The notes under the pieces: generated by a model
What the model saw: the letters and a program-made list of their open reading frames with translations, nothing else
Database searches by the model: none
What the model was told of the DNA's origin: nothing
Source of the DNA: Clostridia bacterium
GTDB lineage: Bacteria > Bacillota > Clostridia > Oscillospirales > CAG-272
Length of the DNA stretch: 64,000 nucleotides
Assembly (NCBI GenBank): GCA_017467815.1
Contig: JAFUKI010000122.1
Location: forward strand, 2,240-66,239
Reading direction: 5' to 3'
Translations under genes and position numbers: made by a program
Shown here: positions 43,602-56,306 of the stretch, piece by piece
Layout of the letters: every line of letters begins with the position of its first letter
Position numbering within the stretch: position 1 is the stretch's first letter

Positions 43602-44765
43602 TCACCGCGCAGCCAATCCGTCCACAAACTGTTTGGCAAGCCGTGCGCTTCTTCCGCCCCGTTCCAAGGCAAAGCGTTCTGCCAACATATCCAGCTCCCC
43701 GTTCTCCACGGAAATGCCTCTTTCCTCCGCCAGATGATGAACGATATGCAGATACGTTTCCTTATTCGGTTTTGAGAAGGTGACGTGAATTCCGAAACGC
43801 TCCGATAAAGAAACAAGCTCCTGCATCGTATCATTTCGATGAACGTCATCCCCTTCACGGTCCGAAAAGGTTTCCTTTATTATATGCCGGCGGTTGCTGG
43901 TGGCGTAGATAACCACATTGTCCGATTTTGCCGTCACTGAACCTTCCAGTACCGCCTTGAGTGCATTGAAGCTGTCATCATCCTTCAGGAAGGAAAGATC
44001 GTCAATGAACAGAATAAATTTCAGCGGATTTTCCGACAGCTGATCCAGTACTTTGGGAATGGCGTGAAGCTGGTCTTTGCGGATTTCGATCAGACGCAGT
44101 CCTTCATTCCACATGGTGTTGGCTACTGCTTTGACTGTGGAAGATTTGCCCGTTCCCGCGTCACCCGTCAGCAGGATATTCGCCGCAGGTTTACCGGCAA
44201 GCAATGCTTCCGTATTGTCAATGACGATCTGCCTTTCCCTCTCGTAGTCGAACAGATCGGAAAGCAGTATCGGATCCGGATTGTGTACGGGAATGATCGT
44301 ATGCTCCTCATCCACACCAAACATCCGGTTCTTGGCGTAGATTCCGTAACCGAACTTTCCGATATTTTTCACGCGATGCAAATATATTTCCGCAAGGCGC
44401 AGTTTTGTGGTCGTAAAATCCGGCAGAAATCCTTTATAGCTGAGCAGTTTTGTCAGCTGTTCTTTGGTCAGCTCCGCCGTTTCCTGCAGAATATGCAGTT
44501 CCTCTGCAAGCGCTTCCTGCATATATTTCGGAACATTTTCTTTTCTGCCGACAGTTCTGACATATACATTGCTGCTGCTCGTACAGATCTCTTTGATATG
44601 CTCACCGAGATTGCCGCCGTTTGCTTCATACAGGAAGGATACAAAAACAGAGTATCCGTAAATCGTCGGTTTTTCCAGATACCGCAGCAATGCCGTTATC
44701 ACCGAATCCTGCAGAAGCTCACGGAAAATGCAGAGAGATCTGAGTTTCATGTTCAGCATTTCCAT
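43602..44765 (-). CDS. AAA-type ATPase (DUF815-like)
   Basis: Walker A GDAGTGKSS and Walker B ILFIDDLSF. The ATG is separated from the ilvD stop by 1 nt. Confidence 0.78.
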   Translation of the reverse strand: MEMLNMKLRSLCIFRELLQDSVITALLRYLEKPTIYGYSVFVSFLYEANGGNLGEHIKEICTSSSNVYVRTVGRKENVPKYMQEALAEELHILQETAELTKEQLTKLLSYKGFLPDFTTTKLRLAEIYLHRVKNIGKFGYGIYAKNRMFGVDEEHTIIPVHNPDPILLSDLFDYERERQIVIDNTEALLAGKPAANILLTGDAGTGKSSTVKAVANTMWNEGLRLIEIRKDQLHAIPKVLDQLSENPLKFILFIDDLSFLKDDDSFNALKAVLEGSVTAKSDNVVIYATSNRRHIIKETFSDREGDDVHRNDTMQELVSLSERFGIHVTFSKPNKETYLHIVHHLAEERGISVENGELDMLAERFALERGGRSARLAKQFVDGLAAR

Positions 44766-44766
44766 A

Positions 44767-46422
44767 TCAGTTCAGAATCGCTCCCGAAGCACCGCCGGAA
44801 ACCATTGCCGCATAGCGTTTGAGATAACCGGACAGTTCTTTTTTCTTCGGGACAAAGTTCTTCATGCGCTCCGCCAGAATGCTTTCGTCCACTACAAGTT
44901 CAATCGTATTTGCCGGAATATTGATGCGGATAATATCGCCGTCCTCAACCACGCCGATCAATCCGCCGGATGCCGCTTCAGGGGTAACATGGCCGATACA
45001 TGCCCCTCTCGTTGCACCGCTGAACCGACCGTCGGTGATCAGTGCAACGCTGTTCCCGAGTCCCATTCCCATAATGGCAGATGTGGGATTCAGCATCTCA
45101 CGCATACCCGGACCGCCCTTCGGCCCTTCGTAGCGGATCACCACAACGTCCCCTGCGGTGATCTTTCCGGCATTGATGGCTGCCTGGGCTTCCTCTTCGG
45201 AATCGAATACCTTTGCAGGACCTTCGTGAACCAGCATTTCGGGAAGCACCGCAGAACGCTTGACCACACTTCCTTCCGGTGCAAGATTGCCCTTCAGTAC
45301 CGCAATACCGCCGGTTTCGCTGTAGGGATTTTCAATCGGACGGATGATTGCCGGGTCCAGATTCACGCATCCGGCAATATTCTCTCCGATGGTTCTGCCG
45401 GTTACAGTCATGCAGTCAGTGTATAAAAGTCCCTTTTTTGTCAGTTCGTTCATCACAGCATACACGCCGCCCGCTTCGTTCAGATCCTCCATGTAGGTTC
45501 GTCCGGCAGGGGCGAGATGGCAGAGATTGGGGGTTTTTGCGCTGATCTCATTGGCAATATCCAGATTCAGTTCCACGCCGCATTCGTGGGCAATCGCGGG
45601 AAGATGGAGCATACTGTTGGTAGAACAACCCAGTGCCATATCCACGGTCAGTGCGTTCATCAGTGCCTTTTGGGTCATGATATCCCGGGGACGGATATTT
45701 TTCCGAAGCAGTTCCATTACCGCCATACCTGCGTGCTTGGCAAGTTCGATACGGGCAGAGTATACGGCGGGAATCGTACCGTTGCCGCGAAGTCCCATGC
45801 CCAGTGCTTCCGTCAGGCAGTTCATGGAGTTCGCGGTATACATTCCCGAACAGGAACCACAGGTAGGACAGGTTTTACATTCGTATTCATAAAGCTTTTC
45901 GTCGGTGATTTTCCCTGCATTGTATGCACCTACCGCTTCAAACATACTGGAAAGACTCGTTTTTTTGCCTTCCACGCGACCGGCAAGCATGGGACCGCCG
46001 CTGACAAAAACCGTGGGAATATTCACTCTCGCAGCCGCCATCAGAAGTCCCGGCACGTTTTTATCACAGTTGGGGATCATCACCAGTCCGTCAAAACCGT
46101 GAGCCAGTGCCATCGACTCGGTGGAATCGGCGATCAGATCACGGGTGACGAGAGAATATTTCATGCCCGTGTGTCCCATGGCAATACCGTCACAAACGGC
46201 AATCGCCGGGAAAACAATGGGTGTGCCGCCTGCCATGGCAACGCCGAGCTTGACGGCATCCACAATCTTGTCGAGATTCATGTGTCCGGGAACGATTTCG
46301 TTATAGGAGCTGACGATACCGATAAGCGGACGTTTCTGTTCTTCCTCGGTCAATCCGAGCGCGTGAAACAGGCTACGATGCGGTGCATTCTGTACACCAT
46401 CAACTACATTTTCTTTCGACAT
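44767..46422 (-). CDS. ilvD: Dihydroxy-acid dehydratase
   Basis: Full-length match to the IlvD pattern (NAPHRSL..., [16 protein letters not shown]). Confidence 0.95.
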   Translation of the reverse strand: MSKENVVDGVQNAPHRSLFHALGLTEEEQKRPLIGIVSSYNEIVPGHMNLDKIVDAVKLGVAMAGGTPIVFPAIAVCDGIAMGHTGMKYSLVTRDLIADSTESMALAHGFDGLVMIPNCDKNVPGLLMAAARVNIPTVFVSGGPMLAGRVEGKKTSLSSMFEAVGAYNAGKITDEKLYEYECKTCPTCGSCSGMYTANSMNCLTEALGMGLRGNGTIPAVYSARIELAKHAGMAVMELLRKNIRPRDIMTQKALMNALTVDMALGCSTNSMLHLPAIAHECGVELNLDIANEISAKTPNLCHLAPAGRTYMEDLNEAGGVYAVMNELTKKGLLYTDCMTVTGRTIGENIAGCVNLDPAIIRPIENPYSETGGIAVLKGNLAPEGSVVKRSAVLPEMLVHEGPAKVFDSEEEAQAAINAGKITAGDVVVIRYEGPKGGPGMREMLNPTSAIMGMGLGNSVALITDGRFSGATRGACIGHVTPEAASGGLIGVVEDGDIIRINIPANTIELVVDESILAERMKNFVPKKKELSGYLKRYAAMVSGGASGAILN

Positions 46423-46436
46423 ATTGCCACCTCCTG

Positions 46437-47987
<1,551 letters not shown>

Positions 47988-47991
<4 letters not shown>

Positions 47992-49661
47992 AACTCCACC
48001 TCCAGTTTCGTAATGATGTCATCCATACTGCCGCCGGGCGGAAGCATGGGAAGCACAAATTCGTCTCTGTCGATTTTGCAGTCGATGATATAGGGACCGC
48101 TGTATGCAAATGCACGGCTGAGAGCCGCATCCAGCTCCTCGGGTGTGGTGACCGCTTCACCGTCCGCGCCAAAAGATTTTGCAAAAGCGGCGAAATCCGT
48201 CTTGCGTTCCAGCACGGAACTCGAATAATGCCTGTCGTAGAACAATGTCTGCCACTGACGAACCATGCCGAGAACACCGTTGTTCATGATGATCACGACG
48301 ACGGGAACATTGTACCGAACCGCAGTTGCCAGTTCGTTCAGATTCATGCCGAAGCTGCCGTCGCCTGTGACAAGTACACTGCGCTCGCCCGTACCGTACG
48401 CCGCCCCGATTGCCGCACCGAATCCGTAACCCATCGTGCCCAGTCCTCCGCTGGATGCAAACCGTCTTGCGGTACGGAAGTTCAGATTCTGTGCAGACCA
48501 CATCTGGTGCTGACCGACATCCGTGCAGACGGCGGTGTTTTCACCCAGATGCCTGTTAAGTGTCAGAATGGCTCTGCGGGGTGTCAGACCTTCGCGGTTG
48601 TCGAGACAGGTTTTTTCTTCCGCACGGAAAGTATCCACCTTTGCCGTCCATTCCTCTTTTTTACTCTCCGTAAGCAGAGGAAGGAGCTTCTGCAGAGTGA
48701 GCTTCACATCTCCCCGAAGGCCGCATACGGAGTTGACGGTCTTGTTCAGCTCCGAACCGTCCACGTCAATATGTACGATTCTTGCGCCTTTGGCAAATTT
48801 GGAGCGGTTTCCCGTTACGCGGTCATTGAACCGTACGCCGAGGGATATAATCACATCCGAATTATGCATGGCCATGGAGGATGCGTAGTGTCCGTGCATC
48901 CCCTGCATCCCGAGAAACCTCGGATGGACGGTGGGGATGGCAGAAAGTCCCATGAGGGAACAGCCGATGGGAGCATCGATCTTTTCCGCCAGCGCCAGCA
49001 CTTCTTCCTGCGCATTCGATATGATTACGCCGCCGCCGAAGTAGATAAACGGCTGTTTTGCGGCATTAATGATCTCTGCGGCTTCTTCGATGCGTACATC
49101 TTTGGCGGCAAAGGGTTCATCCCTCTCCACGGGCGGCTGCGGTTCATACTCGCATTTTGCAATCTGTACATCCTTCGGTACGTCAATGAGCACCGGTCCG
49201 GGTCTGCCCGATTTTGCCAGTTTGAATGCTTCGCGTATCGTATCGGCAAGATCTTCCACGGAACCTACGAAATAATTGTGCTTGGTGATGGGCAGGGTCA
49301 CGCCGGTGATGTCGATCTCCTGAAAGCTGTCCGTACCGATCTGTGTTGTGGGTACGTTGCCGCAGATCGCAACCATGGGAATGGAGTCCAGATAGGCGGT
49401 GGCGATGCCGGTGACCAGATTCGTAGCACCGGGGCCGGAGGTGGAGATCACCACACCGACCTTGCCGGTAGTTCTCGCATAACCGTCTGCCGCGTGTGCC
49501 GCACCCTGTTCGTGTGCCGTCAGAACGTGATTGATTTCGTTCTGGTATTTATAAAGGCTGTCGTATACGTTAAGAATCTGTCCGCCCGGATAACCGAAGA
49601 CGGTTTCACAGCCCTGTTCGATCAAAGTTTTTACAAGGATATCGGAGCCTGAAAAAAGCAT
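47988..49661 (-). CDS. ilvB: Acetolactate synthase large subunit
   Basis: ThDP motif GDGSFGMN...NN, 557 aa. Confidence 0.93.
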
Positions 49662-49667
49662 GAACGG

Positions 49668-50048
49668 TTACGCCTCCTTTTCAGCGATCACTTCCACCTC
49701 AACCAATGCACCCTTGGGAAGGGACTTGACCGCTACACAGCTCCTTGCCGGTTTTCCGGTGAAATACTGGGCATACACTTCATTGAATGCGGCGAAATCT
49801 CCCATATCAGCAAGGAAGCATACGGTTTTTACCGCATGATCGAGGGAACTTCCCGCTGCTTCCAGTACGGCTTTCAGATTCATACATACTCTGTGTGCCT
49901 GTTCCGTGATGCTGCTGCCTACCATTTCGCCCGTTACGGGATCCAGGGGAATTTGTCCGGAGGTAAAAATAAGATTACCTGCCACCACTGCCTGAGAATA
50001 GGGACCGATTGCTGCCGGTGCGTTGTTTGTCTGTACTTTGCTTGTCAT
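49668..50048 (-). CDS. ridA: RidA family reactive enamine/imine deaminase
   Basis: [12 protein letters not shown]...GQIPLDP pattern. Start at MTSKV behind AAGGAG. Confidence 0.9.
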   Translation of the reverse strand: MTSKVQTNNAPAAIGPYSQAVVAGNLIFTSGQIPLDPVTGEMVGSSITEQAHRVCMNLKAVLEAAGSSLDHAVKTVCFLADMGDFAAFNEVYAQYFTGKPARSCVAVKSLPKGALVEVEVIAEKEA

Positions 50049-50067
50049 ATCTTTATCTCCTTTCAGA

Positions 50068-51258
50068 TTATACAATTTTGAAACCTTCACTGCGCAGGGA
50101 TTCGGTGATCAGCTTAACATGATCGTAATTTCTTGTTTCCATATCAATGCGAAGGAAGCATCCGTTGACGCTTTCCGTATTGCCTTTTTCGTAATGTACA
50201 CCGGTGACGTTGCCGCCGCAGTCTGCGATGATACGGGAAATATCCTTGAGCTGTCCGGGTTTGTCGATCAGTTCGATGAGCAGGCTTGAGGATCGTCCCG
50301 AATTGAGCAGCCCGCGGTCGATTACACGGGAGAGGCTGGTCACATCAATATTTCCGCCGGAGACCACTGCGACCACCCGTTTGTCTCTGAGATCGAATTT
50401 ATCGAACATCACTGCCGCAACTGCCGCAGCCCCTGCTCCTTCAGCAATCATCTTCTGCTTTTCGATCAACGCAAGGATCGCACTGGCTACCTCATCATCG
50501 CTGACAAGAGCAATTTCGTCCACGTATTGTTTTACCAGTTCATATGTATTCTCACCCGGTTGCTTTACAGCTATACCGTCCGCAACGGTGGATACGGCGG
50601 AGAGACATTCCCGACCACCGTCTTTTACGGAATTGTACATACTCGGTGCCCCTGCTGCCTGTACGCCGTAGACCTTTACGGATGGGCGGATCTGCTTGAC
50701 GGTATAGGCGATGCCGGAGATCAGTCCGCCTCCGCCGATGGGGACTACGATTGCGTCGATATTGTCCAGATCGTTCAGGATCTCCAGTGCAATCGTACCC
50801 TGTCCGGCAATCACGTTTTCATCGTCAAAGGGATGAACAAAGGTGTAACCTTCTTTTTCCTTCAGCTCCAGTGCCTTCTGATAGGCATCGTCGTAACAAC
50901 CTTCCACCAGGCAGACATCCGCACCGTAGCCCTTGGTTGCTTCCACCTTGGAGATCGGTGCAGTATCCGGCAGACAGATCAGGGATCTGATACCGTTTTT
51001 GGTTGCCGCAAGAGCCACGCCCTGGGCATGATTGCCGGCTGAACAGGCTATAACGCCGCGTGCCTTTTCTTCCTCGGACAGCATGGCGATCTTATACGCC
51101 GAGCCTCTGACTTTGAAGGAACCGGTAATCTGCAGATTCTCCGGTTTCAGGTACAGTTCGCATTCCGGCGCTATACCGTAGGCTCTGACTACATTGGTTT
51201 CTCTGATGATTTTTTTCAGAACCTGCTGGGCATCAAAAACTTTGTCAAGGGACAGCAT
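50068..51258 (-). CDS. ilvA: Threonine ammonia-lyase (biosynthetic type with C-terminal ACT-like domain)
   Basis: PLP lysine motif GSFKVRG. The start is set at the ATG at 51258; the track ORF extends into the leader. Confidence 0.9.
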   Translation of the reverse strand: MLSLDKVFDAQQVLKKIIRETNVVRAYGIAPECELYLKPENLQITGSFKVRGSAYKIAMLSEEEKARGVIACSAGNHAQGVALAATKNGIRSLICLPDTAPISKVEATKGYGADVCLVEGCYDDAYQKALELKEKEGYTFVHPFDDENVIAGQGTIALEILNDLDNIDAIVVPIGGGGLISGIAYTVKQIRPSVKVYGVQAAGAPSMYNSVKDGGRECLSAVSTVADGIAVKQPGENTYELVKQYVDEIALVSDDEVASAILALIEKQKMIAEGAGAAAVAAVMFDKFDLRDKRVVAVVSGGNIDVTSLSRVIDRGLLNSGRSSSLLIELIDKPGQLKDISRIIADCGGNVTGVHYEKGNTESVNGCFLRIDMETRNYDHVKLITESLRSEGFKIV

Positions 51259-51303
51259 TTTTTCGTTCCGCCTTTCAAAAAAATATTTTTTCTCTTTGAG
51301 GCA

Positions 51304-51348
51304 AAAACAAAAAACCGCCCCAAAGCTTTCTGATTGCTTTGAGACGGG
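51304..51348 (-). terminator. T-box leader terminator
   Basis: Minus-strand CCGUCUCAAAGC-N8-GCUUUGGGGCGG followed by UUUUUU. Its 5' arm (CUCAAA) can alternatively pair with the UUUGAG that precedes the T-box sequence. Confidence 0.85.
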
Positions 51349-51410
51349 TATAAAACTATATTTACACTCGCGGTACCACTCAAATTGCGGATACAAACAT
51401 CCGCCACCTC

Positions 51411-51790
51411 TTCGAAGTCCATCAACTTCTATGCACTGACGCAGCACACTCGGGAAACGCCTACTGGGTGTTGAAACCTTTGGGGCTTCCGGCTCAGAAG
51501 GGATGGGAATTCTACAGTCCTTTACCGGGATCGCACCATCCCCGGCTCTCTGAGAAATTCGTTGCAGATTCCGTCTTCATCGACGCCTTTGGATTCGAAG
51601 TCGATCAACCTCTATGCACTAACGCAGCACACTCGGGTCGCCCTATACACGACTGGGACTTTCGTCTTTACGCTCTCAGGCTTCCGGCTCAGAAGGGAGA
51701 GGAACAAAGTCTTCACATACCGATTCGCACCACCCATCGGCTCTCTGCAGATGTTAATCACTTTGACCATTCTTCGTCATTGCCTTTAAT
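51411..51790 (-). repeat. Diverged tandem duplication inside the T-box leader (units about 51411..51593 and 51594..51790)
   Basis: Both units contain AAAGGC..GA.GAAGA, CAGAGAGCCG, GGUGCGA, CCCUUCUGAGCCGGAAGCC and CCCGAGUGUGCUGCGUYAGUGCAUAGARGUUGAUSGACUUCGAA in the same order. Confidence 0.85.
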
Positions 51791-51797
51791 GGCATAT

Positions 51798-51826
51798 ATT
51801 TTAGCACATTAAAGCGGTGATGTCAA
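51798..51826 (-). promoter_or_regulatory. Promoter of the ilv leader
   Basis: The minus strand reads TTGACA, a 17-nt spacer, then TAAAAT. Confidence 0.7.
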
Positions 51827-52485
51827 TGGGTTTGACAAAATTTTATAAAGTTTGTCTACTATGAATAATATTACAAGAAGTGTATTTATCAAATTCAGAC
51901 GTTATGCTGCTGTTTTTCCGATATTCATGGATCACTCCGCTGCCTGTTATTCCTTTTTGCGATGAAAGGAGAAATAATTTGCATCGCGGAAGTTATGTAC
52001 GTTATTCATTGCGGTCCGACAAAAGGGGGATGCGCAATTTCGGGTGCGGATGGCTTGAATTATTTTGGGTTCGATAAATGACCAGTTTTCCGTCACCAAC
52101 AGCTCTCACACCAAAGCAAAAATCTGATATAAGACTTGTCTATTCATGCTATGATCTTTGTTTGGTGCCAGAAACTGCCGGAACATGGAACCAAAGATAC
52201 CTCTGACATTTTATTTCCGAATGACATCTCGGAACAATTGCTTCAAGGGGAGTACACATGGAGAAATCTTGTTTGCAGATAGTATATAGCTGTGTTTTGA
52301 ATATCACGAACCTAACGTCAGCAGACAAATTCTTAATGGATGAAGAAAATCTGCCGACATATCTGCCAATACATCCCGATCCCAACCCATTGCCAATTTT
52401 TGTTTCTGCCGAAAAAACCGTATATTCTCCCAAACTTTGCAGAGACTATATTCGCAGTCTAAGATATGGTAAAGGAGATTTATAT

Positions 52486-53031
52486 ATGAAAGCAACCGGT
52501 ATTGTAAGACGTATTGACGACCTCGGACGTGTCGTTATCCCCAAAGAGATCCGCCGCACTATGCGTATCCGTGAAGGCGATCCCCTGGAAATATTCACGG
52601 ATCGTGAAGGTGAGGTCATCTTCAAAAAGTACTCCCCAATCGGGGAAATGGCGCAGTTTGCCGCACAGTATGCGGAAACCTTATACAAAACCTGCGGTCT
52701 TTCCTGTGTGATCTGCGACAGAGATGCGGTTATCGCCTGTGCCGGGATTCCCAAAAAGGAATACAATGACCGCAAAATCACACCCGAGGCTGAGGCAATT
52801 ATGGAACAGAGACAGCTGTACACCTGTACCGGTAAGGATGCTCTGCATATTGTGGACGGTACCGCCGGAGTTGTCAGTTGTCTGATGCCCATTATTACCG
52901 ATGGGGATATTACAGGGTGTGTAGCTTCCGTCTCCCAGAAAGAGGGCGAGGAAGTAACCTCTGCTACCGATCTGGAGATCAAACTGATCCAGACAGCCGC
53001 CGGCTTTCTTGGGCGTCAGTTGGATTCTTGA
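52486..53031 (+). CDS. spoVT: Stage V sporulation protein T (AbrB-family regulator)
   Basis: N-terminal GIVRRIDDLGRVVIPKEIRRTMRIREGDPLEIF (SpoVT/AbrB swapped-hairpin domain) plus a GAF-like C-domain. AAGGAG RBS. Confidence 0.88.
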   Translation: MKATGIVRRIDDLGRVVIPKEIRRTMRIREGDPLEIFTDREGEVIFKKYSPIGEMAQFAAQYAETLYKTCGLSCVICDRDAVIACAGIPKKEYNDRKITPEAEAIMEQRQLYTCTGKDALHIVDGTAGVVSCLMPIITDGDITGCVASVSQKEGEEVTSATDLEIKLIQTAAGFLGRQLDS

Positions 53032-53135
53032 TCCCCCGACAGCGCCAAGATCATTCCTGCTTTCTCAGTTCAGCACAACAAAAAATCTCCCGTTGCCGGA
53101 AATTCCGACGATGGGAGATTTTGTTTTTGTCGATT

Positions 53136-53765
53136 TCATGCCAGTGTGTCCACATATTCCTGCACGGCAAATGCATCCAGTTTTGTATCCTTGCGCAGAT
53201 ACAGGGGATGATGGGGATGACCTCCGTTTTTGGATCGGGCACCGGCGGTGTACCATCCGGCACCGTATTCCATACCTGCGGCAATCATGTCACGCACACA
53301 CTCCTTCAGATACGGACGTGCGTTGATGATGGTACCCCATGCTGCCCAGACGGACGGCGCAATTCCCGATGCCGCCGATAAGGACAGGCAGTAACGGAAG
53401 GCTTTCATATTCTCATTATGTAAAAACATATTGCACGTTTTTTCCATATGCTTCGGGTCTGTAGCACGCTGAGCGTATACATTGAACATGATAAAACTGT
53501 CGTATCCGTTATGCAGTGCAATGCGCTCCACGGACTGCAGGGTATTGTCCAATGCACCGGGACGTGCGGTGGAGGGGTTGATGCCGATGCAGATCAGGGG
53601 ATTCTTCCCTTTTGTACCGAGAATATACCGATATTCGCTGTATGTATCCGGCACATACAGCCATGCGTTCCTGTCATAATCGCATGGCTCTGTTTTCATT
53701 GCCATCGCTTCGTCAAAAGACAGGACGGAGATCTCTCTTGTTTCCGATGTTGGTATATGTGCCAT
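53136..53765 (-). CDS. DUF1643 domain protein
   Basis: PLICIGINPSTA...NVYAQRATDP resembles DUF1643. It is tightly packed after the HAD gene. Confidence 0.72.
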   Translation of the reverse strand: MAHIPTSETREISVLSFDEAMAMKTEPCDYDRNAWLYVPDTYSEYRYILGTKGKNPLICIGINPSTARPGALDNTLQSVERIALHNGYDSFIMFNVYAQRATDPKHMEKTCNMFLHNENMKAFRYCLSLSAASGIAPSVWAAWGTIINARPYLKECVRDMIAAGMEYGAGWYTAGARSKNGGHPHHPLYLRKDTKLDAFAVQEYVDTLA

Positions 53766-53767
53766 GT

Positions 53768-54448
53768 TTATGCCTCATTCAGTCCGCATACATCCAGCAG
53801 TTCTGCCGGCGTATGTACAATGATATTTGCACCGTTTTCACGGAGAATCTGTTCGGAACGGTATCCCCAGGTTACCCCTACGGCGACCATACCGGCGTTC
53901 ACCGCTGTCTGCATATCAATATCGGAATCACCGATATACAGCGTTTCTTCCGGTGTCACGCCAAACTGCTCTGCCAGATACAATGCCGCTTCGGGACTCG
54001 GTTTTGTGGCTTTGATGCCGTATCCCAGAACATACTCGAAGGTATCGGGAATGATCTTATTGACGATCGCCGCGGCATTGCCATTGTCCTTGTTTGTATT
54101 CACCGCCAGACGGATGCCGGCCTTCTGCATTTTCCGGATGACTTCCCCCAGTCCATCGTACAGGCAGGTATTGTCCAGAAAATGCTGTGCATATACGCCG
54201 GCATAATACGCCCTTGCCTCATCTATCACTGCATCGTCATCCCGCAGTTCTTCCGGCAGGGAGTATTTTATAAAATCCCTTTCGCCGAAACTGATGTGTC
54301 CGAAAAGCTGTTCCATCGTCAGCTGCCGATAACCAAAATGCGCCATTGTGATATTCATGGAATCCAGCAGATCCTTTGCCGTATATGCCGTGGTTCCATC
54401 CAGATCAAAGATGGCGGCGCGGATTTTTCTCTCCATACGGTTCTCCAT
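53768..54448 (-). CDS. HAD family hydrolase (phosphoglycolate-phosphatase-like)
   Basis: Motif I FDLDGT and motif IV GDSDID. Confidence 0.85.
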   Translation of the reverse strand: MENRMERKIRAAIFDLDGTTAYTAKDLLDSMNITMAHFGYRQLTMEQLFGHISFGERDFIKYSLPEELRDDDAVIDEARAYYAGVYAQHFLDNTCLYDGLGEVIRKMQKAGIRLAVNTNKDNGNAAAIVNKIIPDTFEYVLGYGIKATKPSPEAALYLAEQFGVTPEETLYIGDSDIDMQTAVNAGMVAVGVTWGYRSEQILRENGANIIVHTPAELLDVCGLNEA

Positions 54449-55702
54449 TCAGCGGATGACAAAATGTACCGGCAGACCGTTTTTATACTGCAGTACCGGT
54501 TCGCCCTGGATCAGCGGCAGGATATAGTCAATACATTCTGCTGTAACATCATTGCCGCTTTCATTGATATAATGACGGGGCACACTGCGTACCTTGTTGG
54601 CAATATCGGAAAGGGATTTTGCTTCAAAAGATACAGAATATTCTGCCCCTTCAGCTCTCACGATGGAAATCATGGAACCGCTGATACCGGAAACCGCTTT
54701 GTTTACAGCTGTAAGACCCGTGGACACAGATTCTTCCAGGTCCGTCAGAGAAGCACAGTGGGCAGCACAGCGCTGAGGCAGATTCAGTTCTACGGAACGT
54801 ACCTTGCAGCCGAATTCTTCCTTGACCGCCATTTCCAGAGCCGCACCGGTTCCGCCCAGATATTTATGTCCGAATGCATCGACGGAACCGCTCTGTGTTC
54901 CTTCTCCCACGTACCGTCCGTCGGCAAAACGAATGCCTTCGGAGACTGCTATCACAATGTTCGGCTTTTTCTTCATAGCCGCACGGATATCCGCAAAGAA
55001 ATTCTCAATGGAGAAAGGTACTTCCGGCAGATATACATAGTCGGGACCGCATCCGGCAATTCTGTCAGCCAATGCGGCAGAAGCGGTCAGCCAGCCTGCA
55101 TCACGTCCCATGATCTCCACGATCGTCACCGCAGGAACCGTATACACAGCGCAGTCACGGACAATTTCCTGCATCGTTGTGGCGATAAACTTGGCGGCTG
55201 AACCGAATCCGGGAGTATGGTCGGTTGCCGTCAGGTCGTTGTCAATGGTCTTCGGTACACCGATTGCGTACATTTCATAGTCACAGGTCTTCAGATACTC
55301 GCTGATCTTGGCAACGGTGTCCATGGAATCGTTTCCGCCGATGTAGAAAAAGTAACGGATATTGTATTTTTTGAACAGCTCGATCAGATTTTCATAAAAT
55401 GCTGTCTCAGTATGGGGATCGGGCAGTTTTCTGCGGCAGGAACCCAGAGCAGCGGCAGGTGTATGCACAAGCATATCCAGTTTTTCCGTATCCAGATTGC
55501 CGGCTGCGTCTCCGAACTGCTCTGTCAGATCCGCCAGACGTTCTTCCAGAAAACCTTCAATACCATTACGCATACCATATATTTTTTCAATTTTATCGGA
55601 CTCAAAAGCGCCTTTGATCACCCCTGCCAGGGTTGCGTTGATTGCAGAGGTCGGACCGCCGGACTGACCGACAACGGCATTACCGAATTGATTTTTGTTC
55701 AT
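54449..55702 (-). CDS. pfk: 6-phosphofructokinase (long ~417-aa type, possibly PPi-dependent)
   Basis: GGPTSAINA, IGGNDSMDT and PKTIDNDL motifs. The phosphoryl donor cannot be determined by eye. Confidence 0.86.
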   Translation of the reverse strand: MNKNQFGNAVVGQSGGPTSAINATLAGVIKGAFESDKIEKIYGMRNGIEGFLEERLADLTEQFGDAAGNLDTEKLDMLVHTPAAALGSCRRKLPDPHTETAFYENLIELFKKYNIRYFFYIGGNDSMDTVAKISEYLKTCDYEMYAIGVPKTIDNDLTATDHTPGFGSAAKFIATTMQEIVRDCAVYTVPAVTIVEIMGRDAGWLTASAALADRIAGCGPDYVYLPEVPFSIENFFADIRAAMKKKPNIVIAVSEGIRFADGRYVGEGTQSGSVDAFGHKYLGGTGAALEMAVKEEFGCKVRSVELNLPQRCAAHCASLTDLEESVSTGLTAVNKAVSGISGSMISIVRAEGAEYSVSFEAKSLSDIANKVRSVPRHYINESGNDVTAECIDYILPLIQGEPVLQYKNGLPVHFVIR

Positions 55703-55967
55703 ACGTATCCTCTCATAATTCTATATTCTGAATTGCTTTATTACTGCATATTTCTTCCTTAAATATGATACCACAAATCGGGCAAAGTGTCAATAATTAT
55801 CGAGAAATTGTGCTTATGCACATTTTTTCTCATATTTTTTGAGCGATTCTTTCAATTATCTGTATTGTACTCACACAATCCGACAGCATTCTTCACCGGG
55901 TATGGTATATAATTATGTCAGCAAAGGGATTTTGCCTAAAAAATATCGGATAACAGGAGGAAATGCT

Positions 55968-56306
55968 ATGCGAACATTGGAAACGCCGCTGAAATGCCTC
56001 AGTGAAGAAGGGGTTCTGACGGTTTTTCTGGAAGGGGATATTGACCATCATACTGCTCAGAGTGTCAGGGCACGAATCGACACCAAAATGTTTATCAAAC
56101 GTCCGTCTGAGCTGATTCTGGATCTGTCGGGGGTACATTTTATGGACAGTTCGGGACTCGGACTGATTCTGGGACGGTTCACCAAGGCAACGGAACTGGG
56201 TATTGCGTTCAAGGTGGCAAACCCCAATGAACAGATCCGGAAAATACTGGATCTTGCCGGCACGGAACGGCTGATCAAAATTGAAACCAACCGGGAGGTA
56301 TACTAA
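55968..56306 (+). CDS. spoIIAA: Anti-sigma F factor antagonist
   Basis: STAS domain with DSSGLG (phosphorylatable Ser). AGGAGG RBS. First gene of the spoIIA operon. Confidence 0.88.
   Translation: MRTLETPLKCLSEEGVLTVFLEGDIDHHTAQSVRARIDTKMFIKRPSELILDLSGVHFMDSSGLGLILGRFTKATELGIAFKVANPNEQIRKILDLAGTERLIKIETNREVY

Larger units (their letters stand above)
51304..51791 (-). promoter_or_regulatory. T-box riboswitch leader of the ilvA-ridA-ilvBNCD operon (unusually long, about 490 nt)
   Basis: The minus strand carries AAUUUGAGUGGUACCGCGAG (T-box sequence, 51367..51386). The antiterminator and terminator are mutually exclusive. Stem I hallmarks CAGAGAGCCG...GGUGCGA are present twice. Confidence 0.85.

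Noticed and set aside
53612-55201. 529-aa plus-strand ORF across the HAD and pfk genes
   Set aside because: It spans two well-supported minus-strand genes and has no motifs.
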